From Leucoraja ocellata (taxonomy: Eukaryota), in assembly GCA_036785375.1 (NCBI GenBank), contig JAWMAR010000002.1:10912001-10976000 (forward strand): 64,000 bases of DNA, in the 5' to 3' direction. Below, piece by piece: positions 13,501 to 28,268 of this stretch (positions are counted from its first letter, which is position 1; every line of letters starts with the position of its first letter). The notes under the pieces are model-generated. The model was given only the letters and a program-made list of their open reading frames with translations, did no database searches and was not told where the DNA came from. Made by a program: the position numbers and the translations under genes.

Positions 13501-13919
13501 TCTCTCCCTCTCCCTCTCCCCCTCCCTCTGCCGCTCCCCCTCCCCCCTCTCCCTCTCTGGCAGCTTTGAGAAATATAGGATGAAATCTTAAGTGAAGGGT
13601 GTGGTCGGGAAAAATGTGTTTAAATATGTAAAAATGGAAGCGCTAGCGATACAAAACAGGCGTGCACACACACACAGACAAACACGCACACAAGATGAAA
13701 CTTTTAGTATATAGATAACTAAGATTATAGATAACGGAAATAGTAATGCTGAAATAAAGGATCCAGTGTGATTATTGATTGTATACTAATATTCTGGATT
13801 TGTCAGCTATCCATCAAACACACATCTGTCAAATGTTGTCATTGGGAAATTACACGGTCAATGTTTCTAATCACGCGAACCAGATCATGTGTGTTATTCC
13901 CCCTCATACCATCTATTCA

Positions 13920-14287
13920 TCATCACTCCCTCTGATTCTACATTTCACTCCTCACTTTGCTTTCTTATCAGAATCCACCATCTGCAGCCATTTGTTTTCT
14001 TTACTTTTCATTTTGTAATTAACTCCACCCTTCTCTTTCTAATCTGACTCAACTTCCAACCAACCTGTCCTTATCTGGAGTCACCAATTATCTGCCAGTC
14101 TTGCCCTGCCCCTTCCCCTCACCTCTTTCTACCAGCTCTGCCCCGGACTGCTACTATCTTAAAGAAGGGTCCCCGCCTGAAATGCCATCTCTGCATGTCC
14201 CTCCACAATGCTGCCAGACCCGCTGAATTCCACTTGCAGTTTGTTTTTTTTGTTCAAGAATCCAGCATTTGCAGTCTCTTGTATCAT
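13920..14287 (+). mobile_element. Penelope-like element 3' UTR/terminal fragment
   Basis: Pyrimidine-rich tract followed by gaagggtcc...gaaatg..atgctgcc.gacccgctga, the same motif as the other copies. Confidence 0.55.
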
Positions 14288-16146
14288 CATGTGTGTTGTT
14301 ACATTCAGTATGCCGTGTACTTTTGGGTGCAGAGGTAATGGACCAGAATTTATTCACAAAATAGGTCAAGGCTAATGGTGCTCATTATAACATCTGGACA
14401 TATAGTGTATATAGCAACACATCTATATACGGATCAGATGTGTGGTCATAGCACTCTGTTGTTAGTTATTCAAAATTGCATTCTCAGGTTTAACCTCCCT
14501 ATGTTTTAAAGAGCATGGTGCTTTATTGACCATTTCCCATTACAAGCATACATATTCTTTTAACAAGTTCATAAATGCTAATGTCTGCCAATCAACCCCA
14601 TGCCACTGATAATGAGCTGCAAGTATGAATTCCTATTACTTCAAATTTTCATATTTTCTGAGTATGGTTTTACAAACATCACATTTAAGTTATCACAACA
14701 TTATTTCCAAATTCTGTTTTTTGTTCGCTTCTAATAACTGTTCTCTCCTATCTCATTTCTCTTTCTGTATTTACATTGAATTCACCCATTTTCATTTTTT
14801 TCACCTTGATGATTTGTATGTTTATTCTCAAATGTTAAAACGCATTGACTAAAGAGATATCCTATTAGTTGTCCATGCCCCTTGGATCCCAGATACTATT
14901 TTCTTTCATTACTGTGCCTTAAACCTTCCTTACTGTGCCTTACTATCAGCTTAATTCTTCAGCAATTCAGGGATCAAAGCTATTTTGAACTGAAATATAA
15001 AGGAGCACCTTCAAATCATGGCAAATAAACTGGCGGATTGATTGTAATCATGTATAGTTTTTTCCTTTGACAGGAAAGCATGTAACAAAAAGCTTTCTAC
15101 TGTACCTCATTACACATCAAAAAACTAAAATAAACTAAAACACCATAGATGCCCTGTTACTAAAACTCACATCGTTGTGTTATAATTATTGTGAAACCCA
15201 TTGTGATTCAGTACCTTAGTCAATGTGTAAGGGTGTGATTCAACAAGTTCTACAACAAATTAATTTATTACACTAACAAAACTAAGAGAAAACATATGCC
15301 GAGGTAACTATTTTATGGCTACAAGTCTTCCCAAATGGTTTTCCAACATGGCAGCCAAGGGAAATATCAACACCAAAGCTAACATCTCAAACTTTTTAAG
15401 AATATTATAAAAATTCATGAGGACATATGCACTATCTGTATAATTCATAATCTCTTCATTGGCCAATGCCCAAACTTCCAAGGAATTCATCTTTTGAATC
15501 TTCATCAAGTCCCTCTTTTGCAGATGTAATCCTCCTTGCTAAGAAAAAACAGACAAGACAATATTTCACTTGGACCCTATACAATTTTATTAAGACATCT
15601 TACTCCTTTTGCAGCCAAGTGCAATACATTGTTTGTTTTCCTAATTGCTCGCTGTACCTTTAATGTCAATTTTCGGTGATTTATGCCCAATGACAACTAG
15701 GTCGCTCCAAACGCCAATACTTCCAAATCCCTTGCCATTTGAAAACAAAAATTCTGCTTTTCTACTTTGTCCGTCAAACTGGATGACCTCATATTTTGTC
15801 GCATCTACCATGTACTGTGCCATTCACTATCATCTTCTCCTCCGCACGCCTGAAGTGTCTTAGATTGGCATCATGCTGCTCACATCGTCAGAAATCTTGT
15901 AAGCACAGAACTTGGTTTCACAGACTTTTTGGAATATTGTGAAATAATCTGTAATTTCAGGAAAATACCATTATGCAATTGAATTTCAGACAAGTGCGGC
16001 TGAACTAAACCTGCGGTGAAACGTAACAAATAAATTTAGAATCACTATCTTTTATCGTTGAGGAATCCTTTATGGACCATCATGACTCCACAGGAGCCAA
16101 GCCCCAATTTCATCCCCATAAGCATGCATGATATTTTGTGTTATAG

Positions 16147-16972
16147 GAACATAGAAACATAGAAATTAAGTGCAGGAGTAGGCCATTTGGCCCTTCGAGC
16201 CTGCACCGCCATTCAATATGATCATGGCTGATCATCCAACTCAGTATCCCGTACCTGCCTTCTCTCCATACCCTCTGATCCCCTTGGCCACAAGGGCCAC
16301 ATCTAACTCCCTCTTAAATATAGCCAATGAACTGGCCTCGACTACCCTCTGCGGCAGAGAGTTCCAGAGATTCACCACTCTCTGTGTGAAAAAAGTTATT
16401 CTCATCTCGGTTTTAAAGGATTTCCCCCTTATCCTTAAGCTGTGACCCCTTGTCCTGGACTTCCCCAACATTGGGAGCAATCTTCCTGCATCTAGCCTGT
16501 CCAACCCCTTAAGAATTTTGTAAGTTTCTATAAGATCCCCTCTCAATCTCCTAAATTCTAGAGAGTATAAACCAAGTCTATCCAGTCTTTCTTCATAAGA
16601 CAGTCCTGACATCCCAGGAATCAGTCTGGTGAACCTTCTCTGCACTCCCTCTATGGCAATAATGTCCTTCCTCAGATTTGGAGACCAAAACTGTACGCAA
16701 TACTCCAGGTGTGGTCTCACCAAGACCCTGTACAACTGCAGTAGAACCTCCCTGCTCCTATACTCAAATCCTTTTGCTATGAAAGCTAACATACCATTCA
16801 CTTTCTTCACTGCCTGCTGCACCTGCATGCCTACTTTCAATGACTGGTGTACCATGACACCCAGGTCTCGCTGCATCTCCCCTTTTCCTAGTTGGCCACC
16901 ATTTAGATAATAGTCTGCTTTCCTGTTTTTGCCACCAAAATGGATAACCTCACATTTATCCACATTATACTG
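16147..16972 (-). mobile_element. Young 5'-truncated CR1-type LINE
   Basis: Uninterrupted 240-aa ORF 16241-16963 (ORF2 C-terminus) plus (tttctatg)n tail. Confidence 0.93.
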
Positions 16973-18309
16973 TTATGTTCTTGCCCACCTGTTTAATATG
17001 ACAATTTGCAAAATAATCACTGATGCCACGAACATCTAATCTTCATAGATGCCCAACAATGCCTCGCTCATCAATTCCAAGTGAACAATCCATTCCCCTC
17101 CAGAGATGCTGCTTGACCCAGTGAATTCCTCCAGTAAAATGGTTGTTTCTTTACTGGTTCAGATTTAATTTCTGGTGATCAGGTTTCTAATCAAAATTAT
17201 GCTGGAAAATATGGAATGAGAAGAGTAATTATATTTCATGGTGCACTTTGAGGTCTAAACATCTTTGTCACCTCTTTGCTGGAGACCATTCACAAGTGTA
17301 TTTTCTGTGAGCTTGCAATGTTAATATTCTCTACCTAAAGCATATGTTAGATTATAGGTATCCTTGAATTTGCAATCCTTTAGCATCCCTCATTATATTT
17401 CACCCATTGATCTACATTTGTTATTGAGACATTGGTGTAAAGTAAGTGACTTGAATGTTATGATAAATCGTAAAAGGTAGTCATAGCAACTCCACTGATA
17501 GTCTATTGTCATAAATTATAGAAGGTTTTGACTGACTATTGCTTAATGTCTTATTTATCTCGTTTGAGTTCTGTTATATTGGAATAATCGATTTAGCTGT
17601 GAAGAGAGCTGGATATTTAATATCTTGATTTTTGAATAATATCTGAATTGCATCTATATTCAATGTCATGTCTGCATAGTTTTAGTTTCATTGAGTTTGC
17701 AGCATTCAATACACTGGGCACCATTAACTACAATTAACAATAAGATCAATTCATTCCAAATAAAAATATGCTTTCACCATTGTCTCCAAAACACTCCAAA
17801 GGTAGTTATAATCCTGCTATCAGTGCTGCATACCTTTTTTGTTGTGTTTGGTGAAACTTATTCTGTCACACCATTCTTAATTACTAAGAATCTGACATCT
17901 GTTCAGCAGAATAAGCCAATGATCCAGGATGCTGTAACCAATAGCATGATTATGCACAATTTCAAAATAATTGTTTTTTTTCCAGGAAAGATAACCCCAT
18001 ACGTAAAATTCAAGTTTCATGTGATCAAGTAAATTCAAGTTTCATGTGATCAAGTTTTAGAACTCACACATACAACAAGAAGATGTACATGACTTGTGAC
18101 ATTGTAGATTTTTCATGTCTACCATTCATTCTGGGTTAAAAGCTTCATTTAATCAAGCTTTCCTTGATTAAAATACTTATTTGTCCTTCTAGGCAATTAC
18201 GTCAATGTACTCCAGCTCCTTAATGATGAATAGCTGCAGGTTCAATACTGCTATGAATGCTCTTCACAAGCACAATGATCTCTATAGTAAGACAAATTTG
18301 CATGTAGAA

Positions 18310-18630
18310 TAGAGACACAAGAAGCTGCAGATGCTGGAATCTTAAGCCAAAACAAACTGCTGGAGGAACTCAGCGGATCAAGCAACATCTGTGCTGGAAA
18401 TTGGACAGACAACTTTTCAGGTTGTAACTCAAAATATCGTCTGTCCATTTCCTTCAACAGATGGTGCCTGACCCACTGAGTTCCTCCAGCAATAAAATTA
18501 AGACAGGCTGGAATCTTGAGGCAAAAATAAACTGATGAGGAAACTCAACAGGTCAGACAACATCTGTGGAGGTGAATTGGACATATGGCAGTTCATATTG
18601 GGACCCTTCTTTAGTACTCCAGCAGTTTGC
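18310..18630. mobile_element. Two degraded Penelope-type inverted terminal fragments
   Basis: ctggaggaactcagcggatcaagcaacatctg ... cagatggtgcctgacccactgagttcctccagc inverted pair, then a second partial copy. Confidence 0.55.
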
Positions 18631-20783
18631 ATATACAATGATCTCCTCTTGGTTTTCCAAGCAGGCACTTGTAATAATATGAAATCTACCCAGAACAATG
18701 GCTTAAACACTATGGAGGAATATTTCTGGAAACTGGACACAAACAACTAGAAAACAGTAATCAACGTTTATCATCTTGATAGCAAGGATGCCAGAAATAC
18801 TCCGAAATCAACCTTGCATGACGACAAAGTGAGAGGTGACATCTATTCATTAACATCTCAGAATGATGCGGGACTGCAGATTAACCTTCAAAATCTTTAA
18901 GAATGGAGTCGGAAAAGTTAACCATCAACAAGATGCATAAACTTTTAATTACAAACTGTGGACTATCTGAGTTAGAAATGCAGATATCGATGACAACCAT
19001 TTTATGCCCAGTAACCAGATGTGTGCTGGGGTGTGGACTATATCCAGTTATATCTGAGGTCATGTACATCTTAATGCTCCAAAAATAAAATTCTGTAGTT
19101 TCTAGAAATATGTGTAAAAATAAAATCCAATGAAATGGAAATCTGAAATAACACAGAAACATCTGATGGTATTCACAGGTCAGACTGCATTTATAGAGTG
19201 AGAAACAGTATTAACATTTCGGGTCAAGATCTTTCTTTCGAACATCACAGTGTGGTACATCATTGGAATCAATTTCTCACCATTACTTTGTAAATGTTGC
19301 TATGCTATCCAACTCTCAGTACCTTGCTAAAGTTGCACAGATCCTTCTAGATCCAAATTTGAAAATTAATAAAAAGCCTTACAAACGCTTAGAAAACAGA
19401 ATGAATCCCAAAATAACCCACAAGTAGAATTCAGAAAAAGATTGATACAGAATGTCCTTGGCAATCTTCTACATAAGTTATCAAAAAGTGGACTGAATCC
19501 ACACAGACAATGGAGGAGGTAGGTATATGACTCGTGTGGAAATTGAAAGCTTTCCATTTACAGAGGTAGTCATCAGGAACAGTTCATGGAACACATCAGG
19601 TCTTCGTGCTTTTTGATCGGGCTGTGAGTGGTTATCACAGCAATACACTCCGGAACACTACACAATTATTTGGGTTGAACAAACGTTCTAACGTGCAACC
19701 TCCATCTCTTAAAAAAAAGGACATGGGTGCCTGGGAACAGCACCATCTGGAGGTTCCCCTCAGTGACTTGGAAATTTGTTGTTTTTTGGTCCAAGTTCTG
19801 AAACTCCCCAATTGTGAGAGTACTACAATCAGCATTGCAGCATTTCAAGAAGGTATCCCTACCAATTTTGCTCACATGCAAAAATGTAATAAATAAGTAA
19901 AAGGTTGGTGCTCTGCATCTATACCAGTCATATATGAAAACACGTTGTTCCTCAAAATGAATTTAAATCAATTTTAATCTCTTGTACTTGTGCAATCTTA
20001 AGAATGTTGACATATTTCATCTCTTGAGTATCATGATCATTATGAACTGACAGTTTCAAGACCCATTTTTGCTATGTTAATTATTCAAGAAACAATCACT
20101 GTTGCCAACCTTGATTCTTCATCCTCTGTAGTTCAGTTAGGACTTGTATTGCACATGCTGAATTACGTTTTTTTTTAAATATTCATTGTTGATTAATGAT
20201 TTTGAATGGAACTCAACAAATTATATAATAAATATAATTACGTTTGTACTCTATAACTTGAAGTAGCAATGAAGGTTGGGAGTAATTCTTTTTTGTGAGA
20301 ATAAAGCCTCTAGAAAATGAGAGGTTGAGCAAAATGACAGTCATGACAAGATACTCCAGAGTTAAAGAGCAAACGTACATTCATTAGCAAATTAAGCACA
20401 GAAAAGGACAGTGCTATGTGTAGCGTAGATGTAGAGACTTCAGTAAAGGATCAGATGCTGTCATCCATGTGCCAAGTTTCATCCAAAACAAGGGCATTAA
20501 GCATTATGCAGGAAAGATTTATGCAGGAATAAGATAGAAGGCAGCAGATGACGGGGAGGAGAAAGCACAGTATATGACAGATCAGATGAAAGGAAAGAGG
20601 ATGAGAGAAAATTGAGAGAGTCATATTTCTGGATGCAGGAACAGTAACAATCTTTAAGAGGAATCTGGACAGATACTTGAATGAGCTAGCCATTGAGGGA
20701 TGTAGAACTAATGCAGTGGGATAGATAGGCATGGTGGTCAGTATATACATATTGGATCAAAGGGTCTTTTTCTAACCTTAAAT

Positions 20784-21527
20784 CAGGTCCACCACTGATT
20801 TTCCGGCAACTTGTGGTCTGGACCTCCTTTAATCAGGACAAAATTATGAGAGTCCACTTGAAATCCTCCTTGGTAGTCCCCTCGAAAGTGGGGCGCCTAG
20901 CCTAGGCTAGGTGAGGAGGCCGATTCCAACCTCATCAGGGTCCCCACAGCCGATGGGCGGATCGAATTTGCCCGAGGTGGCCAGTGCTCTGGAACTCCAG
21001 CTCGGCTGGAGTTAATGGATCCGTTCCCATAGTCGACTTATGAAGCCAACTGAGTGGGCCGTTACCGTGGCACCCCGGCAGCCTAGGCGGCCTGTCCACT
21101 ACCATTGGACTCTTCTCGGAGGTTCACATCATATGGCAGGAATGGCGGGTGCACCGGCTCTACTGCATTTGTGGCAGATTCGCCAAATCTCGAATTGGCG
21201 GGGGTTGGCCTGGTAATCCTGCCGGGAAAGCGGCGCCTCAGCTCTGCAAGCAACTGCCGATCCAACCCTCATTGGGAATTCTGAGGGTAACTCGTTAACT
21301 GGCTGCCATGCAAGAAATTCAAGTTTCGCTGTAGAATAAATTGACATTTAATATTTGTTTTATTTAAATTTCTAGCAGTCAGTGGTGCTTTCGAGACATG
21401 GGAGGGGTATAATTAGTGGGTATGGGGTATATTGTATCATTATTGCGTGACCTCTGTTCATCCGGCAAAACCGATAACATGGCAAGGCTCTGGAATGAAG
21501 GGTGCCAGAAAATCGGTGGTGGACCTG
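20784..21527. mobile_element. GC-rich MITE with 25-bp TIRs, possibly Tc1/mariner-pogo class
   Basis: CAGGTCCACCACTGATTTTCCGGCA versus right-end reverse complement CAGGTCCACCACCGATTTTCTGGCA (23/25); TA duplication not intact. Confidence 0.65.
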
Positions 21528-21638
21528 CACCTCTATGACTCAATGTGGGATTGCAAAAAGGGTAATGGTGCAACAAAAATGCCTTCTATTTGTTCCTGAG
21601 ATTAACCTTAACACAGAATATCACTTGCATTTTAACAG

Positions 21639-21827
21639 AGGAACAGCTGCCTCATGGATTCCCCACTATTGATATGGGCCCACAATTGAAGGTGGTGGAA
21701 CGGACCCGCACAGCTACAATGTTGTGTGCTGCCAGTGGGAACCCAGATCCAGAAATTACATGGTTCAAAGACTTCCTACCAGTGGACACAAGTAACAGCA
21801 ATGGGCGAATTAAACAGCTCAGATCAG
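21639..21827 (+). CDS. PTPRF: LAR-family RPTP exon, Ig2 first half ([63 protein letters not shown])
   Basis: 189-nt exon between tttaacAG and GTagga, phase 1/1; translation closely matches Ig2 of PTPRF/PTPRD/PTPRS as I recall them. Confidence 0.95.
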
Positions 21828-24800
21828 GTAGGACGTTTTTATATCAGCTTTCTATTTCTATTAAGCAGCTTGGTTACATGTGGGTTAATATTTTAACAAC
21901 AGCTGCAGGGGTAAGTTATTTCTGTAATTGAATTTGGTATTCAAATCACTGGTGGATTTTGATTTTAAGAAGATATCAGCCATTGTCGCATCCATAGATG
22001 TGACTGGTTTACTAGGCAGTCTAGTTGGATGTAAACAGTGTTGCGATCATTTGATTTCTTGTACAGTGGAAGTGAGCAGTGTGAATTGTCCAAACAATTG
22101 TGACGTATGGGTGAATTCTGTTAACCACCTGTCCAGTTGATAAATGGTGGTAAGCAGTGCTGACTTATTGAGGCTGGATCGCAGAAATTATCTGGTTGGT
22201 ATTGTACTCCGCATATAAAACAGCTTTATTATTTAAATAGAAGGTGGTATTATAAAAGATGTGCCAAATCCTATTATATTCAATTTTGGAAATTAATGGG
22301 AAATCTTTCACCGTGTTTGAATTCATATGCAAGGTGCTGAGAAATCTATGGTCCAATATAATGTACATGCTCTCTTTATGTTGGCATATATATACATTCC
22401 ACTTACTTACCAAGTGGAAGATATAAATATCTCTTCCAGGGGGAATTTATGATTAGATTGATGTGGCCAAGACTGAGATATTACAATTTCACATGATCAA
22501 GTGTGCACGTTGGATTTTATTAAGTAAAAGCTGCAGGTTTATCTGCATGGTTATTGGTAAGCAGCCCAACATAACTTTTTTTAGGATTTTGAATTCAACA
22601 TTTTTTTTAAAATAAGTCTTATGAAACACAGTTCAGTGAAGGGTTCTCTTATGAAGGCCGTCTAGTTGGGCAATTATCAGCAATTGATAATAGTGCTGAT
22701 AATAGTAATATATGAGAATAGTGTTATTCCCCTGTTAGTTTGCCACATAATTGACTTGTTTCCAAATCTTAATTACTGTGCATATCCTCCAAGATTCATA
22801 TTTTACAGTCATTCATTGTTATCGGGACACAAACTGCCAGCCAATATTTTAAAAATTGGAGATACTGCTGAGGCACTCTCCTGTGTAAAAGCCTTAATAC
22901 GCAATGCGATGGGTGGCTCCTTGAGTGTTGGAAGGATAGTGAGAAGAAATCTCTTGCTGAGATTCATCCCCATCTCCACAGCAATCGTCATCCTAATGAT
23001 CTCTGTAAATTAGAAACCCCTTGAATCCCACAGATCCAACATATGGAATAATGCAAGTTTTGGAAAGGCCATAAAATTAGGCTAGCTGAGGTAACATTGA
23101 AAGACTATAGTAAAACCAAAAAGGAAAGTGCAAAACTACATGAGTGAGTATAGGAATGAAACAGGCCATTCATTCCAGCTAGTCTTTGCTAGTCTTTTAT
23201 GGTCCACACAATTGTCCCCCTGGCGTACTTCATTTAATCCTATCTGCATGTCCTTCTGCTCTTTCCTCCATTGAGTGTTTGTCTAGCTTGCCCTTAAATG
23301 CTGCTTCACCGTTTGCCCGAGCTACTGTTTGTGTTGGAGCAATTCACATTTTTGCTCTGTAGATGAAGATTCTCCTGAATTCCTACACTAGATTTGTTTG
23401 TAACCATCGTTAATTTATTACCCCTATTTTCAATTCCTCTTCCTTGACCCTATCAAAATCTGACATCATTTGAAAGACCTCAGTTACATAAGTCCATCAA
23501 CCTTCTCTTCTCCAGAGAAAAGAGCTCCAGCCTTTCCTGATATATGCACTCAGTTCCGGTATCATCCTTGTGAATCTTTTCTGCACCTTCTCTAATTCTG
23601 CTGTATCCTTTCCATAAAATAGGCTAGAATTGTGAGTAGTAATATGTTTGGTTTCTTAGAAGTTTTACCCAACCCCTACTGTTCAACTCAATCCAAACTT
23701 GCAGAATATATGCATGTATGCAATTTTTTTTTAAGTTATGAAGCTTTAGAATTTAACTCGATAAGTTGTTTAGAAATAAAAAAAGTTTGAAAAGGACATG
23801 GTCTTTGGCATTTTTTTAAATTACAGGAGATAATTAAGGTAGGATTTCAAAGGCAGATAATGAGGCAGACTCAAAGATTAAAAACAGGAATGGATTCTAT
23901 ATTCTATAAATTCTGTATGTATTCTATAAATTATTAAAGGAGAATAATTAAATATGGGGTGATACATCATAGGAAAGGAATTTCATGGATCTTTTGGTTT
24001 ATAGGAGTGTGCTAGGGAAGTGAAAGCAACCACTGTGATGTCAAGAAGAGAGACAAAGTGGTGGCAGTCATTTCAGCATCCTTAATTATTGCTGCAATTA
24101 ATAACCAGTTAGTTGTTAGAAATTACTTAGAACCACCATGTACCATTTTCACAATGGGTTGTGCGTGAGAAATCTGAAAAATTCTTTGAGGAAAAGATAG
24201 ATATAACGGATATAACTAAAGCCAATCGTGATATACCAATTCTTTAATTGGTAACATATAAAATTCATTTGGAAAAGAATAAAAAAAGAAATCAGAACAT
24301 TGCAATTGGTTGGCTGATTACTTGGAATTTGAACACTATCTTAGCATTCAGATATCAGCCTGCATCTGTCCACTGTACATGTAAATAATTTCAATTGCAA
24401 AGCTTTCAATGGTATCCAGATATTTGGAGAATGTTTCCCACTTCTTATTTCTCATCTTGAAGATCACAACTGTTCAAGTGATTGTATGTATCTTACAATT
24501 GTAATGAGAATTTTATCTCAATTATCCTTTAAAGCACTGAGTTTTACTTTTTGCTTTACTTTTGCTTTACTTTTGGGGTGAATATATTTTTTCTGAAGTC
24601 CCCTTTAATGTTTTCTCTAATTAACCATGTTGAATTTTCCTTAATATATTGACCTCTATACCAAGAGTAGTAAATCCCCCTTGTTCTCCTTTTCAGAGTC
24701 TCTTATCATTGAGTACATTTTAGTTAAATTTCTCCTTTGATCTCCTTACAACAACAAAAATCCAGCCTATTCGCTCCTCGCGACAATGTTTCAACTCTGT

Positions 24801-27220
24801 CAATACTGTCATAGCATGCACCCTCAGAGTTGTTGTTCCAACATTTCTACGGTGTGTTGACTGGTACTAGGCATCTGTCGACATACTCAAGATCCATCTG
24901 TTGCCTTTAATACTTGGTATGTTATTTTAACATTTATTATGCATTCCCTGCCATTGTTGTCCTCTCCCAAAGCAATGAAAGGTTGCTGGACATGAATAAA
25001 TGTCAACATGAAGAAAGATTTAAAAAAAAATGCTTTTTATTAGAAAAGAGGTAATTCAATGCTAATTCATTGGATGGACTAGATTAAAACAGACAGATGC
25101 AGAAACGAACATACAATTTTAAATGAGATTTTGAACCTTGAAAACGAGAAATCTTTTAACTTGTTTTCATGCAAACAACGGGATGCATAGTCTCTGAAGC
25201 AGCAACAAATACTGGAAGTTTCCTAATACAGTCCTACTGCTGTAACATTGCTGAAAGCTTGTAAAGGAAATAGGACTAAAGATATCAGGGAATAACACTA
25301 TGGCTCAGCATTTAGTCAATTGACACATTCGAGGGGGAAAAAACCTAAGGAATGGCACAAGAAAATGTAGAATAACGAGGCTTCAATTTTAAATATTTCC
25401 CATCATGACCCTATTGCAAGCCCCAAATCAACAAAATGACATCCACCGGGTACTTAATATTTTTATATAAATTTAAACAAGCAAAATGCTAACTACATTG
25501 GAGGTTCATAGACTAAACTGTTGATACTTTATTGTGTATAATCATGAGGTACAAAAGTTTGAAGTGTAGCTAATGGTTCCAGAATTATTGATACAGGCAA
25601 GTCTGTTTGGTTTCTCTCTCCAAAGAGGTTAAATAGATAAACTGCTGAAGAACATCTTAATTTTCTCAAAAGCAAGTTTCTGAAGCAGACCTAATTTGAA
25701 AGTTTATGTGCTTCAAGATTAGTTACAGCTGCTTTCTTGAGAGGAAGATAATCTTACCCAATTCAGATGCATTAACTGGCTTTGAGCATCCTTGTTACTG
25801 CCAAAGTTTGGAACTAAAGTAAGTAGTGAGATTGATGTATAGTTCTACTTAATTTTTAAATATTTGTGATATTGCAATAGTGTACCATGTATTTTGTATG
25901 AAGACTCAGCTTGTTCGAGAGTAAACTGTAATATTTAATTATATTTGGTATTTTTGTAAATTATTTATGGGCTCATTGTGAGTGTCTGTCATTATACAAA
26001 ATTAGAGAATTAACTCTGATGTTCTGCATCTGAGCAATCAGTACTTCTGGACTGACTGCAGTAACATCAGTAATCATGAAGGATATAACTGCAAACTCCC
26101 TAGGTGAAATAGTTAGTCAGATCCATTTGACAGTTCAAAGTTGAGCGTCTTTTCTGTGTTCCAGCAAACCATGCAATTTCCTGATGTAATTACTTTAGTT
26201 TCCAAAAGTCAAATGATAAGTTTCCACTTTGTTATTGGCAGAGAAAATATTTAACATATCCCTAATAACTATACAATTGTGACACTGAGCACTAATCCGA
26301 AGCTTTAAAAGCTAATCTTTAATGTAATTTTAAAAGTCAATTGAGCGCTGTCATATAGATATGCTAAACCAGCCATCACTGTCATTGATGATAATTTCTA
26401 AATATTGTTTAAAACTGTAAAGGCAGAAAATGATTGAAATTCACTACAGATGAGTCTGCATCTAAAATCATAAAACAGGTTAAATGTATGCAGTAACCAT
26501 TCATTAGAACTCAAAAGCTCACTGGTCTTGTTTCATGTATGATGGCTCATTGTATCTCTTGAAATTACTTGAAAGCAAAATGTTCATTCTGCCTTGGGGT
26601 TGTTAATCAGATCATAAATAAGTGGTGCTAAAACCCTATGTGCCTCCTTAAAGCCTTTTAAATAAATCACTTAATGATAGCTGTGCTTCATAGATTGGGC
26701 AATAAGAGTTGGTAAATAAGAATGATTATATTTTGCAAGGCCATTACCTGTACGAGTTGAAAAGTGGTCACGTCACAAAAGCCTTTCACTTGTCCCAAGT
26801 GACCATGCACACCAAACGTGTGCAGTGTCCATGATAGTTGCCATCAGCATACTTTTCAGTTCATCAGGTGATGCCTAGGTGAATTCTTTAAAAGGAACAT
26901 GTTTCTAGCAAGTTGTAGGCAGTGCTACTCAGCCAAACTATTCATCAGATGAAAAATGAGTTAATAAATACTGGAAAAGGAAATGTAAGTAATGGTAGGA
27001 AGTGGCCAGGGAGAAGTTCATTAGGGCACAAGGGCTCTCTATGAATGGCAGCACTTTTGGAAATCCTGCACTGTAGCCAAATATCAAAATTGAAGGTTCC
27101 CCAGGAGACCCAAGAGACGGCAGATGCTAGAAGCTCAGCTCATGAGTCTTGCAAGTTGTTTCTGCTGAGATATGACACTTTGTATTGCTCTACTAACAAA
27201 GTGCAGAACTTTCTAACAAT

Positions 27221-27859
27221 AGGGTGATTTCACTAAAGGTCACTGGAGCGTAGATCCGCACCCACGTGACCAAAATTCTCAAGTGGAGGACACTCGAGGG
27301 TTCGGTACATGTTAGTGGATGGGAAAAAACGCATTTTCCCACCCGTTAAAAACATAGAAAACGGCGAGGTTGTGAGCTGCAATTTACTGTGCCAGTCGGG
27401 GTGACCGTGAGGCACAGCTACCTAGATTTACAGGAAAAAAAAAAGATCGGGAATTATCGCGTTTGCTCGCTGAATTTCATCAAAAGTAAGTTAATAATGC
27501 CTTACTTTTGATGAAATTCAGCGAGCAAACGCGATAATTCCCGATATTTTGGACCTGTAAATATCCACGGCAAATGTCGGCTGTTCATTTCCGCCGGTTT
27601 GGCGGCACCAGTTCCCTCTTGAATTTACCTTACTTGCTATCTTTTTTTTTTCCTGTAAATCTAGGTTGCTGTGCCTCACCACGACTGGCACAGTAAATTG
27701 CAGCTCACAACCTCGCCGTTTTCTATGTTTTTAACGGGTGGGAAAATGCGTTTTTTCCCATCCACTAACATGTACCGAACCCTCGAGTGTCCTCCACTTG
27801 AGAATTTTGGTCACGTGGGTGCGGATCTACGCTCCAGTGACCTTTAGTGAAATCACCCT
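27221..27859. mobile_element. Young foldback MITE with about 225-bp TIRs
   Basis: AGGGTGATTTCACTAAAGGTCAC... near-perfect inverted arms, flanked by AT on both sides. Confidence 0.9.
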
Positions 27860-28268
27860 ATAAACAAACTGGTCTGAAGAAGGGTCCCCACCCGTCTGCC
27901 CATTTCCCTACTGAGTTCCTGACCTGCTGAGTTGCCTGACCTGCTGAGTTCCTCCAGCTAGTTCCTCACTTCGCTGGTAGAGCAATGCAAAGTGTCATAT
28001 TTCAGCAGAAACAACCTGCACGACTCATGAGCCCAGGTTTCTGAGGTTGGCATAAGAGCCTTCAGGCATTTATGTTTGTTTATTAGGTAAATTGCAAGTC
28101 CAACCAGGTGACTCCACAACTTTAAAACCAAGTTCATCACCATTACTCTCTGAAACCTGGTTCTTCACTTCCAGGTTTAGTGTAATCTACAAAATTTGAA
28201 ATTGTACCCTGCTTTTTAATTGCTAAAACCTGACCTGATGACATTTGTGGAGAACTCTCAATGCATAA

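Noticed and set aside
18006-18055. Perfect 25-bp tandem duplication
   Set aside because: Simple local duplication with no associated structure.
1-21638. Upstream Ig1 exons of the phosphatase
   Set aside because: I found no SSQRFE or VIEFDDG-like sequence by eye; they probably lie before the window.
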